Of a stretch of 64,000 nt of DNA, positions 26,367-39,191 are shown piece after piece. Origin of the DNA: Anthoceros angustus (taxonomy: Eukaryota; Plantae; Anthocerotophyta); the NCBI GenBank assembly GCA_010909165.1, contig MU008156.1, positions 124,001 to 188,000 on the forward strand. The letters are read 5' to 3'. How positions within the stretch are numbered: the first letter of the stretch is position 1; each line of letters opens with the position of its first letter. Under the pieces are notes generated by a model, which saw nothing but the letters and a program-made list of their open reading frames with translations, was not told the origin of the DNA and searched no databases. Position numbers and translations under genes: made by a program.

Positions 26367-27464
26367 GCCAACGGCACTGGGAGATCACTATGCATGAGTG
26401 CAATTACCTCAGATGTCGAAGGCTATTGAACTGGCTACCTAGAACAGTTCGTTTAGCAAATGAGAATCCTTTTCTCCGCGGCTGTTTAAATTCGGCTGTA
26501 TGGCTGAAAATTAGTCATCTCCCTTTTTTCTGTGGACATCAAATATTTTCTCCACACTCTCTATTTTCTCCACACTCCCTTCCAAGTCACTTCATCCCTG
26601 TCGTCCGAATCACCGCAAACACCGTGCCTTGCTGAAAGATCCTCCGTGTAATGCTTTACGTGCTGCCTCTCTGTTTTCCGACTCTTCAACTTATTTGCTG
26701 CTGCTACCCCACAGCCATCTTGAGTGCACACCCCGGCCTAAGGTTTGAGAAGATTCCCGGGTTTTTACGCTTGGTGGTTGATCCTGCCATATTTGCTGCC
26801 ATTGTAGACTCCCGGCATCGGAGTCTCGCGAAGGGAAGCCCGTTTGGGCTCCCTTGCAGTCTCATCTTATGTTTGAGTTTCCACACTCTTTGCTTTGAGT
26901 TGATGTCACGGGGCTCTGGCCTTCATAAGCATCTTGCAACATAAATTCTGTTTGATAGTTGCTTAGTTTTGCAGAAGAATTGGGCTACTTGTGCGAACCT
27001 ATTTGATGTCTTGCCTGTAGCGTTTTATGCGTAAACAAGACAGCCTTCACTGAACTGATTACAGCGTTATTGCACCTCCTGTTTTCTTCTGCTCTGTTCT
27101 GCGTCCTGGATTCAGCATGTTTTGTCATCCATGTAACAGAGCGCAGGGTGGTAACGAAGTGCTTGGTAAAGTGAAGCCTGATGAAGAGGTGGTACATGCA
27201 CCAATGCAAGTCAAAAACATGTGAGAGAAATGGGCGAACGGGATGATATACAAAGGGCGTGTGTGATTGGAAGGCAAGCAGCGCTCCTTATCCGAGTCAG
27301 CCAAGGGCGAAGTAGCTGGGTACCCATCTCCGCCATTCGTTTGTTCGTCGCTGGAATTGCTGTGTTTCCCGGGCTAGTCTTGTTGAGCGTCCGCCTTCCT
27401 CCATCTCTGCCTCCAGTTGGATTGAAGTTTGGCACTTCGGTCGCGCAGAGCTTGCAATCGTGAA

Positions 27465-28493
27465 ATGGCGATGGCGGTCGCGGTAGCAGGCAGCAGCGTG
27501 ACGGCCCTGAGGAGCGGGAACAGGGCCTTGGGATGCGGAGTGCAAGGCCTGAAGCCCATGTCTGTGTCCTTGTCGCTGAGGAAGGTGGAGGCGCTCAAGA
27601 GGCAGCTGCCGGCCATTTGCGCCAAGCTGGAGACGGCGGAGAAGAGCAATGTGGGCGTGGAGACAGCGTTTGCGGGAGCCATGTTCGCGGCCCTGGCGTC
27701 GTCGGAGCCGGCTCTGGCGGTGCAGCAGCTGGGGAGCTTGGCTGCTGGGGCGGACGACGGCCGGGGTGCGGCCCTGCTGGTGCCCTTGATCCCCGCTCTG
27801 TTGTGGGTCATCTTTAACATTCTGCAGCCGGGGCTGAACCAGCTGAACAAAATGCGGGGCGCCAAGGCCGTGGTCGGGGGCGTGGGATTGGGCGCTCTGG
27901 CGTCGCTGCTGGCCGTGCCTGAGGCGCAGGCGGCGCAGGAGCTGGCCAGCATTGCGGAGGGGGACCAACGGGGCCTGCTCTTGCTGGGAGTTGTGGTTGC
28001 TGCGCTCGGCTGGGTGGCGTTCAACATTCTGCAGCCGGCTCTGAACCAGCTCAACAAGATGCGATCCAGCAAGGGCGTGGTGGGCGCCGTCGGCTTGGGC
28101 GCGTTGGCGTCGCTGCTCGCCTCTCCCTCGGCGGAGGCCGTGCAGGAGTTTGCCACCATTGCCGAGGGCGACCAACGGGGGGTTCTGCTGCTGGGCGTTC
28201 TCGCTGCTGCGCTGGGCTGGGTTCTCTTCAACATCCTGCAGCCAGGGCTGAACCAGTTGAACAAGATGAGGTCGGGCAAGGGAATTGTGGGTGCCGTCGG
28301 TTTGTCCGCTGCCGCCGCCTCGCTTCTCGCCACCCCTGCCGCAGATGCCGCACAAGAGTTGGGGCAGCTGGCTGAGGGAGACCAACGCGGGGTCCTGCTC
28401 CTCGGAGTTCTGGCTCTCGCCGTCGGATGGGTGCTGTTTAACATCCTGCAACCGGCTTTGAACCAGCTGAACAAGATGAGATCACGAAAGTGA
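27465..28493 (+). CDS. psbY: Nuclear-encoded photosystem II PsbY polyprotein with four PsbY units
   Basis: Transit peptide, then four D.RG..LL.....L.WV.FNILQP.LNQLNKMR units, each preceded by a hydrophobic signal ending A-x-A (EPALA, PEAQA, PSAEA, PAADA); ATG at 27465; intronless. Confidence 0.93.
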   Translation: MAMAVAVAGSSVTALRSGNRALGCGVQGLKPMSVSLSLRKVEALKRQLPAICAKLETAEKSNVGVETAFAGAMFAALASSEPALAVQQLGSLAAGADDGRGAALLVPLIPALLWVIFNILQPGLNQLNKMRGAKAVVGGVGLGALASLLAVPEAQAAQELASIAEGDQRGLLLLGVVVAALGWVAFNILQPALNQLNKMRSSKGVVGAVGLGALASLLASPSAEAVQEFATIAEGDQRGVLLLGVLAAALGWVLFNILQPGLNQLNKMRSGKGIVGAVGLSAAAASLLATPAADAAQELGQLAEGDQRGVLLLGVLALAVGWVLFNILQPALNQLNKMRSRK

Positions 28494-29706
28494 GCTTTCC
28501 CTCGCTGTGTGATCTGTGCATTATGAGGGAACGTGACTTTTCGGGCATCGCATGAGGCCCCCCATTGTGAGAAATCTAGGGATCCGGGATGTGTGTGAGG
28601 AGGCGAGATGTTTGGCTGTTGTGCAAATCTCAGTCAAGAGCGGGAACTCTCTTGTCTGACATGTCCTACCGAACGAAGTCTTTAGCACATTGTATCAAAG
28701 AGTGGAGCTAGCATGGCTCTTGCAAACTGTATACTGGCCTGTTCATCCAACCGCTATTGCCATGCTAGGGTTTAGGGTCTCCCATTTTAATAAACCTCGT
28801 TGTATTGTGTACTCGTCCGTTGAACTCCCTTCTACCTCGACCACTTTGTGCTACTGGCAATTCAGCCCCTAGCTTCTAACCGGCGTCCTGAGGGTATTTC
28901 CAAGAAAATCCCACCAGCTTCGTCTGTTATTGTTCTCAAGTCAGTCCGTCTCAACATCTCTGGCTTCCGGAGGCGGATGAGTTTTGATCTCTGCTAGTAG
29001 CATTCGGTGATTCAGGTTACGTAGTCGGATGATGATTGTAGTGAATACGGTTGGATAATTTTTCTTAAGAAAAGAAGAATTCTATGAAACAGAGCTCGCA
29101 GAAGCCAGAAACCAGAATGGAAAATACGTACGGATGAACTGTCCTTTTGAACCCAGTGGGTAACCATGGTGTCGCCATTATTCACTTGGTAAATCTGCTG
29201 GCCAGCAAATTCTGTTCCTTTGCCTAGGCTTCCACTTGCTAGTTTGCCAATGAGGAGTTCGGTGGTAAATATGCTAGTGAGCAAAGAAGGATAGACAGGA
29301 CAACTGGTGAATGCTAAAATCCGTATTGATGGGTCAAGAAATGGTGGACGAGCTGCAAGGCAAAACATCTGACGACGAAATGGTTCAGTTGTTGTAAAAC
29401 TTACACTAAAAAAATGCCAATGTGGCATTGCGCATCATACATTCTCAAATCTGCCCGGCAGCAGGAGTGTGCTGATTCAGAGTTGGAGAAGTTTCTCGCC
29501 ATCCATCTCAATGTTCTGCCATCTGCCGTCGGCACCATCGCCATCCCCCAACAATGGGCTTACCAAATTTAACACGTCCAAGGGGATGCCCTATTCTGCA
29601 ACAAGGCAGAAGTTCTTAATCCCCGCAGCCAGTATTCAAAGTCACTGCGAATGTGCTGGTTAGCAGTATTGCACTTGGTGCTGGATATCGGTGGGTTCAA
29701 CATATC

Positions 29707-30699
29707 TCACAGCTGTGCCAAGCCACGACTGAGCAACACATCGTCATAGTAGTCTCGCACCCTATACAAGTCGGAAAGATCAGCCAAGCTCCGGCACCTG
29801 TTCACTGCCTTCCCTTCAGGAAACTCCAAGCAAGAGTAGTGCATGATCATCTCCTTGAGCGAGTGCTTGGTACTCTTAACATCATTGTCCCACAACACGC
29901 AGCTCCGTAAGTAATCCCTCTTCACTTCCTCCCACTCCAGCTTCCCCTCGGGCCTAAACACGGACACATTCCAACACGCAGCTCTGGCCACCATCACAGA
30001 CGAGGCCCCGGTTGCGTCCCTGATGCGCTGGAAGTCCTCGTACTCGAACACATCCCCATTGGCAATAACAGGAACAGAGAGCGCAGACACCACATGCGCA
30101 ATCCCATCCCAGTGAGCCGCATCCCTAGGCCGCTCGTCCCTCCTCCTGCCGTGCACAGCCACAGCCGCCACCCCAGTCTTCTCAATCCGCCTCGCCAGCT
30201 CCACCGTCTCCTCGTAGGTCTTGAGCAGCCGTATCTTGCAAGACACAGGAATGTCCAGATTCCGCCTCAAGGTCCGCAGGATGTCCTCCACCAACTCCGG
30301 CTTGGTGAGCAGCGCAGCCCCCATGCCTGCGTGCACCGAGAAGGCCTTGGGGCAGCCCATGTTCACGTCGAGGGCCGCCACATCCCGGCACACGATCTCC
30401 GCTGCCTTGAGGGCCCGCACTGCATCGGAAGTCCCTATCTGGAACACCACCCGCCGTTTCTCCTCCGGGCATGTGCGGAACACCACATCGTTGCATGTCT
30501 TGTCCACCAAATCCACAGTGCCCAGAAGCGGATTCTCCTGCCGAAAACATCGCAGCACCCGGTGGTCCACCAGCTCCTCGGAGTAGGTGATGTCAGCCCC
30601 GTACTCCGCTGCCAGCATGCGCATGGGCAGCGTGCCCACTCTCACCATCGGGGCCAGGCAGTGCTTTCCGCCATACTCCAACCGAGAATCCTCCGCCAT
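29707..30699 (-). CDS. DUS2: tRNA-dihydrouridine synthase (DUS2-like), intronless
   Basis: LAPMVRVGTLPMR, FQIGTSDA, DVNMGCPK (catalytic Cys), AVHGRRRDER, VIANGD, VMVARAA motifs. Confidence 0.92.
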   Translation of the reverse strand: MAEDSRLEYGGKHCLAPMVRVGTLPMRMLAAEYGADITYSEELVDHRVLRCFRQENPLLGTVDLVDKTCNDVVFRTCPEEKRRVVFQIGTSDAVRALKAAEIVCRDVAALDVNMGCPKAFSVHAGMGAALLTKPELVEDILRTLRRNLDIPVSCKIRLLKTYEETVELARRIEKTGVAAVAVHGRRRDERPRDAAHWDGIAHVVSALSVPVIANGDVFEYEDFQRIRDATGASSVMVARAACWNVSVFRPEGKLEWEEVKRDYLRSCVLWDNDVKSTKHSLKEMIMHYSCLEFPEGKAVNRCRSLADLSDLYRVRDYYDDVLLSRGLAQL

Positions 30700-31341
30700 C
30701 GCTCCAGGGTTTCAGGGAAACCAGGGGCGTACCGACAGCGCTTGCCTTCTCCTTCCGCCGACGAATTTGGCCCTGCCCAGAGAGCAAGCTGCTGCAAATT
30801 ACGGCCTCTAAGCTTCGCATCATATCTGGTTGCCACGAACATATATGGAGAAGCCTTGAATGGCAGCCTGCACCCTTTGAAGGCATTGAGTCTAAATATT
30901 CCGCTAGGCGAACGCTTCCAGAGGTTCGCTTCACTTGCTCTGGTCCGAGTCCCCTGCAGAGCGTGGGAAGGCATAAGCGGCTATGTACAAGTCCTACAAC
31001 CCGAAGGGACGTGGAAACAAGCTGGGTGTTCGAGCTCGACTCCTCCTGAGCGGGAAATTCAGAGATTGCCTCATTCTGTGACCTAGAATCGGCCGGCATG
31101 TTTGATTGGTGGTACTACATATGACATACAGCGTTGCACGGATTGATTGCATATAATAGACAGCTTTCACTTTTACAACTGGAAATCCCGTAGCCAACTT
31201 TCTCAATGAAGGACTGGTCACCTGGAATCTCTGGAAATAGTGGAAACTCCAGTAGTCACCTCACCACGGGCGTGGCCTACTGTTCAGATATCAACATGCT
31301 TGCAAGTCTAATCCCAGTGACAGGTTCTGATACCTTGAACA

Positions 31342-32870
31342 CTATTTCAGGAAGAGTGACGGGTGCAACTTCAAGGTCACATACACCAAAGTCAGCAAGA
31401 CCGGTACCTCAATTCAGGGGCCAATTGTCGCAGCCAATGCCTCTTGGGAGTCTATGCCAAAGCTACCCACGGCCATGGCTATGTCAAGCTCAAAACTGTT
31501 GCTGGAAGCAGTGAAGGACTGAGTAACAGCTTCTCCATAAGGGATGTCCAGATGCCGACACAGCCATACTGAAGAGAAGAAAACGATTGTGAAGTACAGC
31601 ATGGGGACAGCTACTCTTACCACATTGCCGATGTGATCAACAATTTGATGAGCTTGAATGGAGAACATCACAACAATAGTGTATAACAAGCCAATGACTC
31701 ATGAGAGCCCAGGGCGCTATGAAGAGAATGAACTTGGTGTCGTACCACTTTTTGCCGACAGTGTAGCGTAGGGAGTACCGTGTGATGATTCCAGCAACCA
31801 GAGGAATGCCAAGGAGAAGAAGCACCCTTCTGGCGTAATCCCAGGCACCCACATGAATGCCCTTGCCTCTGGACACCACTTTAAGAAAGAAGAGAGAATG
31901 TGGAGTGTACAACACCATCTGCATCACAGAATTTATGGCCACCAGTATGGCACACAGCTGTCCATCTCCCTTGGCCAGTTCATTCCATATGAGAACCATG
32001 GCAATGCATCTGGCAATGCCAACCAAAATAACCCCGGCCCTGTAGTGCTCACGATTCGGGAGTGTGGCCCAAGCAAGACCTGTCATGAGTGCAGGGCCTA
32101 CAAGCCAATTCAGGATGAGGCTCAACACCACATTTCAAGCAAGACGGCCACCCCCTGACCATCTTATAAAGAACTTCGCACCGAACTTTGCACAGAACTG
32201 GATACATCATAACCCAGAGTCCCAAGGCATTAGGAGGAGATACGGATGCCAGTTTCACCACCTGGAGCCTCTTCTTGATTCCTTTCACTTCCACAAGTAT
32301 CCAGAAGAAGAGGTACCGATCTAGCAAAGACTGCTTCTTGAACAGGCCTCCCGCAGCTGCCAAGAATACTAATACCATGCTAGCCGAACAAACGTATGCG
32401 AAATGACTATGTAGCAGATTTTCAGATCACAAACAACTGCGATCTTTCATCAAATGCTCCACCGGCGGCGGCTTCGTCAGCTCCAGGCTTTCCAACAACT
32501 TCGCACAAAAGCTCCCTTCCATTTGGTAGCAATACTGAGACATTCGTTTGCTCATCAAACGCCTGCTAACATGGACCGAGAGCAATTACCAAATACCAGT
32601 GCCCAGCCGGAATGTGGGCCAAAGTTGCACATTGTCACTGATAACACTTGAATGATGTTCGAAACTCACCTCTTTGCTGGTGCAACAATGAAATTCTGAA
32701 CAATCCTCTTCGGGCTGAGCGGGAACGTCGGCCAAAGTTGAACCACTTGGTACAAATCTGCAGCGCAAACCGCCATCTGCGGTCTGAACGATGAAGGAGG
32801 CAAGGTGCGGGGCAACGGGGCGGCAAAGATCCTCCACCTCATTGCTTTCAAGCCCAGCGTAGGAGGCCAT
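31342..32870 (-). pseudogene. ACR3: Degenerate ACR3 arsenite transporter paralogue (exons 32870-32670, 32562-32463, 32356-31342)
   Basis: Retains LDRY, WVMMYPVLCKV, ARCIAMV, EVPVL. Versus the intact copy: ~10-codon deletion in TM1, frameshift plus CGA>TGA at 32135-32137, 7-nt insertion near 31700, NNFE>NSFE, and a stop at GP*IEVP. Confidence 0.88.
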
Positions 32871-33988
32871 AACGGCAACGGAATGCTGCCTTCCGTATGC
32901 CTGAGGACTCCAGGAATCCGTCACGTTGCCGAAGCCTGCACGGTTCGCACCATACACAAGTGGGATGGAGGCCAGAAACCCCGCTTGGAGCAAAGGTCAT
33001 CAGCAAAGTAGACCATCTGCAAACTCGCTTGCAGAATTCAGGTCCGCCACCCAACATTTTGAAGTCTTGGTGAGAAAGCAAATTGACTGCCTTCCTTGAA
33101 ATCGGATCTACGAGCAGGCATATCAAATGCTTCGAACCAAGCGATGGTGCTCCGGACACTACAAAACTGTGACGAACACAAGTTCACAACGGCTGCCTGT
33201 ACGAGACCTCTGGAACTGATCCCCTTTCCTCCTGATGCCATGAATTCGCTATCCACACTCTCCATAGTTCTTGTCCGAGCAGCCAACCGTCGCCACTCTT
33301 TGGTTGGTCCAGCCAGGATTTCGGCCCGGCGGCAGAGATGACCAGATGCAGCCACTTGAAAACAAAGGCAAACACAAAAATTTACATCCTGAAGAGAACT
33401 AAACCAATGGTGTGGGGCAAGAGAGGGCGACTTGATTCAAGGTATCTATGGTAGCATCATCAGCAAACATCCTGCCATGCATGCTCCGCCTTGACCGATA
33501 AACTGTGAAGTTGCTCCCATACTGTCAGTCATGTAACAGCATTCGCTGCATCCATTCCGGAGCCAAAAGGTACAAACGCTCTTACCATGTGACAGTTGGA
33601 TTCGAGTTCCTTGAGAACCAAGGGCAACATAGAAATTCATTCTACCCACCCAACTTCGACTCCGATTCGGGTTGCATCACCCACGAGTGTGCTGCGATTG
33701 CCGATCTGGCGTACAAGTTCCAGCCCCAGGCGATCTATGGAGATCAGGCAACCAGGGCTACAACTGTCACAAGTGCTTCGTCAATCTGTTGGAGTGCGCA
33801 GGATTAAGAAAACATTTGTCGGCTCGTTTGGCTGAAGCCTGAGGATGGCTGCGCTTCTTCCGCGTTTATGTTCTCTTGATCCTTATCTCCTTCAATCGAT
33901 TGGTTCTGACAAGCCTCAATAATGTCGCGGGCTGGCGTCTCCAACGTTTGCCCGACTCTGGGACCTTCAGTCTCTGAGGCCGGAAGCC

Positions 33989-35162
33989 ATGAGGACGGTG
34001 TCGTTGCTCTCCGCTTTGCTCGCCTGCTGCCTCTTCACAGTTGGGGGAGCATGGTGCAGGAAACCCCTGTTGGCAGCTGGCCTGGACGATGCGGTGTTGA
34101 GACCGACATTCGAGAAAATTCCAGGCAAGACGTACGCAATCTGGCAGATTCCGCCGTCCCCTGTGGCTGTCATGTTTGTGGGGCACGGGGCAAACCATGG
34201 GTCGGAACAGTTCTGGGACTTCAGCCCTAGCTGCATCATATGCTCGCCGCTGCCGGAAGAGCGGGCCATCATCAAGGCTGCCCTGGCCCGGGGCTATGCT
34301 GTCATCACTGTCCAGGCTGTCACAAAATGGAACCTGAGCACCGACCTGGACACAAACCCTGATTTTCTCATGGTTTCGGGCTTTCTGCAGTCGTGGAGGA
34401 AGGAGCACAGTTTGGACAGCCTTCCATTCACTATCTGGGGGCTTTCTAGAGGAGGAGACTTTGGCACCGTGCTGGCCTTGGGTGTGAAAACCAGTGGCAT
34501 CGTGCTGATGATCTGCCGGGGAGGAGATGATGCTATCCAGACGGCTGCTCTCGGAGGGGGCTTGTTCCCTTACCCCCAACTGCTCTTCATTCATGTCAGT
34601 GCCCCAGTTCTAAAGAGCTGATCGTCCTTCATCTGTTCTTACAAGCTTCCTCAAGATTGTTTCTTGGCCTCGAGCCGATTCTGACTTTGTGACCTGTTTG
34701 ATGCAGATGCCCAAGGATACCTTCTCAGGTGAGCTTATACAGGAGCGCTTAGAGCTGCTGTCCAGCAAAGGGATAGTCGCTGGTGACATAAAATGCTACC
34801 CTTTCCCTATCTACGAATCCTTCTTCACAGAGAGGATTCCTGGCTTGAGCTTCAACGTTTCATCCCACATCTTCAAGACACTGGAAGCAAACGGTCTTCT
34901 CACGTTAGAGGGGTTTTTTAACCAGCCAGACCCAGTGGACTGGGATGTGTGGGAAACTTGGGACTTGGTCCGCTTCTTGCGATCTCTGCGGGTGCTGGAC
35001 AACGGAGGTGGGGAGTGGGTTATGAACGCAGTTGCCGAGGAGCTCAACCTGAGTTTTGGGTTTCACTGCTGCACTAGCTTGAAGTCTTCGCAGATGCTGG
35101 ATTGGCTGGACTCAACATGGCAAAATGAGCAGCAATCTGGGGCTTCTGTACAGGTTTTGTAG
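33989..35162 (+). CDS. Secreted alpha/beta-hydrolase-fold protein, tandem copy 1 (intron 34595-34706)
   Basis: Signal peptide; GHGANH, SCIICSPLPEERA, nucleophile elbow GLSRGG, H|MPKD (Asp), ELNLSFGFHCCTS (His). Confidence 0.8.
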
Positions 35163-35679
35163 TTCGGGTGCCCTTGCATGAAATCCAAATGAGTTGGGCA
35201 TTTGGGCGAACACAAAACAGTTTTGTCGATATGCAGGGGGTCAATGGTCTGCCTCCGGGCTCTACTGTAATTCTTTGTGTTGCACATTTTTTCGGCTCCT
35301 TATCACCAAACCAACTATCAATCACCGGCCTTCCTGCCATCTGACTACACACTGACATCCGCCGTCTCTCTTTCACGGGCATTGGAGGTGACTTCGTCTG
35401 CTTATGAATCCCATGTATATTAATCCGGAAGTTTTAGTGGAAAAATTCTTATTCTACAGGTGGAAACCAGGAATCTCTTGGAGCAGAGATCTTTTCCATT
35501 CACGGGAGGGTCAGTACCGACTGTCCATCCCGTGCTGACCCACGTGTGCCGGGGGACTCTGGACTCGAGCCCGCAAGTGTAGAACGAGCCCTTGTTCTGA
35601 GGCGTTTCACTCATGTCGCGGGCTGACGTCTCCAACGTTTGTCCAACTCTGGGACCCCAAGTCTCTGGGGCTGGAAGTC

Positions 35680-36855
35680 ATGGGGGCAGTGTGGGTTCTC
35701 TCCACTCTGCTCGCCTGCTGCATCTTCACAGTTGGGGCAGCATGGGGCAAGGAACGCTTGTTGGCAGCTGGCTCGGACGATGTGATGTTGGCACCGACGT
35801 TTGAGACAATTCCAGGCCAGACGTACGCAATCTGGCAGATTCCGCGGTCCCCTGTGGCTGTTATGTTTGTGGCGCACGGGGCAAACCATGGGTCGGAAAT
35901 GTTCTGGGACCGCAGCCCTAGCTGCACCATATGCTCGCCGCTGCCGGAAGAGCGGGCCATCATCAAGGCTGCACTGGCCCGGGGCTATGCTGTCATCACT
36001 GTCCAGGCCCTCACAGAATGGGACCTGAGCGCCAACCAGCACACAAACCCCGATTTTCTCATGGTCTCGGGCTTCCTGCAGGCTTGGAGGAAGGCGCACA
36101 GTTTGGACAGCCTTCCGTTTACTATCTGGGGGCTTTCTAGAGGAGGAGGCTTTGGCACCGTGCTGGCCTTGGGTGTAGAAACCAGTGGCGTTGTGGTGAT
36201 GATCTCGCGGGGAGGAGACGATGCTCTCCAGGCGGCTGCTCACGGCCGGGGCCGGTTCCCTTACCCTCAACTGCTCTTCATTTCTGTCAGTGCCCGAGTC
36301 CTAAAGCGCTGATCTTCTTCATCTGTGCCTGTAGGCTTCTTCAGGATTGTTTCTTGAGCTCGAGCTGATTCTCACTTTGTGACCTGTTTGATGCAGATGC
36401 CCAAGGATGCCGTTCTAGAAGGGGTTATTCAGGAGCGCATAGAGGTGCTGTCCAGCGAAGGGATTGTCGTTGGTGACATAAAATGCCAACCTTTCCCTAT
36501 CTACGAATCCTACTTCACAGAGAGGATTCCAGGCTTGAGCTTCAACGTTTCATCCCACATTTTCCAGGCACTGGAAGCGAACGGTTTCCTCACTCCAGAG
36601 GGCTTCCTTAACCAGCCAGCTGATCCAGTGAACTGGGACGTGTATGGACGTTGGGACTGGGTCCGCGTCTTGCGATCTCTGCGGGTGCTGGACAAGGGAG
36701 GTGGGGAGTGGGTTGTGGACGCAGTTGCCGAGGAGCTCAACCTGAGTTTTGGGTTTCACTGCTGCACTAGCTTGAAGTCTTCGGAAATGCTGGATTGGCT
36801 GGACTCAACATGGCAAAATCAGCAGCAACCTGGGGTTTCTGTACAGGTTTTGTAG
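35680..36855 (+). CDS. Secreted alpha/beta-hydrolase-fold protein, tandem copy 2 (intron 36286-36396)
   Basis: Same exon structure and motifs as copy 1 (GLSRGG, MPKD, FHCCTS); duplication period ~1.69 kb. Confidence 0.8.
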
Positions 36856-37060
36856 GTTCGGGCCCCTTGTAACAGTATTTAGTATTCTCATAGCGGAATT
36901 CTTTAGACAGCGACCTTTTCATACACTACCTACGAGTTATTAGTATCTATTAAATAACATATAATTAGTCTTAAGTAAAAATTGAACACCTAGATAGACC
37001 TTATAATGTGGTGTAATAGCCTATGCTGGTATTGAGCATGACCTTCGCTCGCATTACTAG

Positions 37061-37515
37061 CACAAAGCTATGAAATAATAGGCTAAATATACTTTAAAAC
37101 CCTGATCTAAATACCCAGCACAAAGCTATGAAATAATAGGCTAAATATACTTTAAAGCCCTGATCTAAATACCCAACCAATGGGCATGCTGCTGTGAAGA
37201 CCTCACTCAAGCTTCGAGCATGCTGCTGTGAAGACCTCACCCAAGCTTCGAGCATGCTGCTGTGAAGACCTCACCCAGGCTTCGAGGTTGCTCTTTGAGC
37301 TATGAGGAACACGCACCTCTTGTTGGGGGCTCTTGGTTGCAGGAAGAGGACTGGATTTGCGTTAGATGTTCAGTGGCAACCTGAACATGAATTATTGAAA
37401 GGTGAGTCAAGAGTGAACATGACAACCTGAATATGAATTATTGAAAGGTGAATCAAGAGTGAACATGGCAACCTGAATATGAATTATTGAAAGGTGAATC
37501 AAGAGTGAATATGGC
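37061..37515 (+). repeat. Cluster of three unrelated tandem repeats: 58 bp x2, 34 bp x3, 46 bp x3
   Basis: Units start at 37061/37119; 37184/37218/37252; 37377/37423/37469. Confidence 0.85.
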
Positions 37516-39191
37516 ATGCCGTTGGGAACATTCAAAAGTTCCACCCATTTTTTTTTTTTTGTGATGTCCCTCCTTGACACTCCAACTTCCAACTAACTGT
37601 ATCCACCGACTTAAAACTCCAACTGGCGGACGCAGCCAGTTGGCGCGTCAGCTCGACAGGGTGACCGGGGCGCGCAACCGGAAGGAATCCGCAGCCACCA
37701 TGAATCTTGCGGGAGCACTCCAGATCGGTTCGAGAGACTTGCGGACGATCTTCAGAGCCCAATGGCACAGACTCGCCGTTCACAAGCACCACCACTAGAG
37801 CACTCTGACACCGCCATCGATAATGAGGTTGCTCAACAACCTTCTTACACTATTCCTTCCGGGCGGAGTGTCATATTGACTTCAACAAATGGGATCGACT
37901 TCCGCACTGACAAGCATCCTAATGGCTTCCAGGCATACAAGGGAGGCACGGCCTCTACACCTTCGTGGAGGAGAACACGGGGAAGTCGGCCAACAACGGA
38001 CATGTTTTGCCTCCTCTGGAGCAGATGTAGCATGAGGAAGGTTTTAGTGTGTATATAGTCGGGAGGCTATGCTGTGAGTGTGCTCATGGGACCACATCAG
38101 TAGGCTTAGTAGCCGATCGGGCCTTCCGCACCCCCCGATCCCTTCCGCACTCCCGATCACGAATTCCCGGTCACCGCCCAGTCACATTGTGGAGCTAGCG
38201 CTCGAGCTGGCTGCGTCCGCCACGCCGGAGTTTTAAGTCGGTGGATTTCACCGTGAATTCCAAGGCTGAATTATTGAATTCCCAAAAACCAACCACATGT
38301 TCCTCTTGGGTAAGGCTTTTCAAAGGTATCATTCATACTGAAAAAGCGCCGACCAGCGTTATATACGTTTTGTGACACATATAACCCATTTTATGTATCT
38401 ATAAAATTTTAAAAATAAAAACGTAGTCACGTACGCTTCATTTCAAGGGCTCCTTGGGTTTTAGGCACCTCGAATGAAAGATGCCTCGAGATGCATTCCA
38501 GCGGTTCGGGGAAGGAGTTAGCTCAAGAGAGTCACGTAAGCGATGCTGAGCCGAAGTCTGAAGGTCGTCTTCATAGTCATCTTCCACTTCCTCGGATGGG
38601 GAGAGTGAAGAGCTAAAAGTTAACTAGAGCGAACATCTGGTGTCAATTTTGGTTAACATGCGCTACGAACTCTAAGCCTACGATGAACAAGCTTGCTAGT
38701 TCCTTCTGGTTGGGATTGCAGTTCATCCTTGAATCCGAACCTCTGGGAATAGAATGATCAGATTGGACTGACTCCGCACTTCGCCATTGAGAACACTCCA
38801 CAGTTCGATAGGGCATGGAACATGACCTCCAAGATAGCGAGTAATCTACAGGCAACCTGGTGAGATCTTTGGTAAAACGACTCCAACATCAGCAGAACGG
38901 GTCTTTGCAGATCCGAGGCTCCGAGCAGTGGCTACTCTTCAGGATTTCTGTGAAAGCTCGTTCTGATTGCTGACATCAAAGAGGAAGTTTGCCACCAAAA
39001 ATCTGAACATCAAATTTGCGCTCGAATCAGCCTTTGATTTACAGCAACATCTATACAGTGAGCCAAAACTGGGAAAGAAAATCCGGACGCAGCACCAAGC
39101 TTGACGTACCCAGTACTAGGTCACCAGACGTTCTCGACAGAACCAACCATGCGAGAAAACCTTCACCTGCAACCCCTCCTGTTGTCTAGAC

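Noticed and set aside
27297-28474. Long antisense ORFs (384 and 366 aa) over psbY
   Set aside because: Shadow ORFs caused by GC-rich, repetitive codon usage of the real plus-strand gene
28870-29360. Possible spliced minus-strand exons downstream of DUS2
   Set aside because: Splice-like sites exist but the peptide matches nothing I recognise; may be 3' UTR
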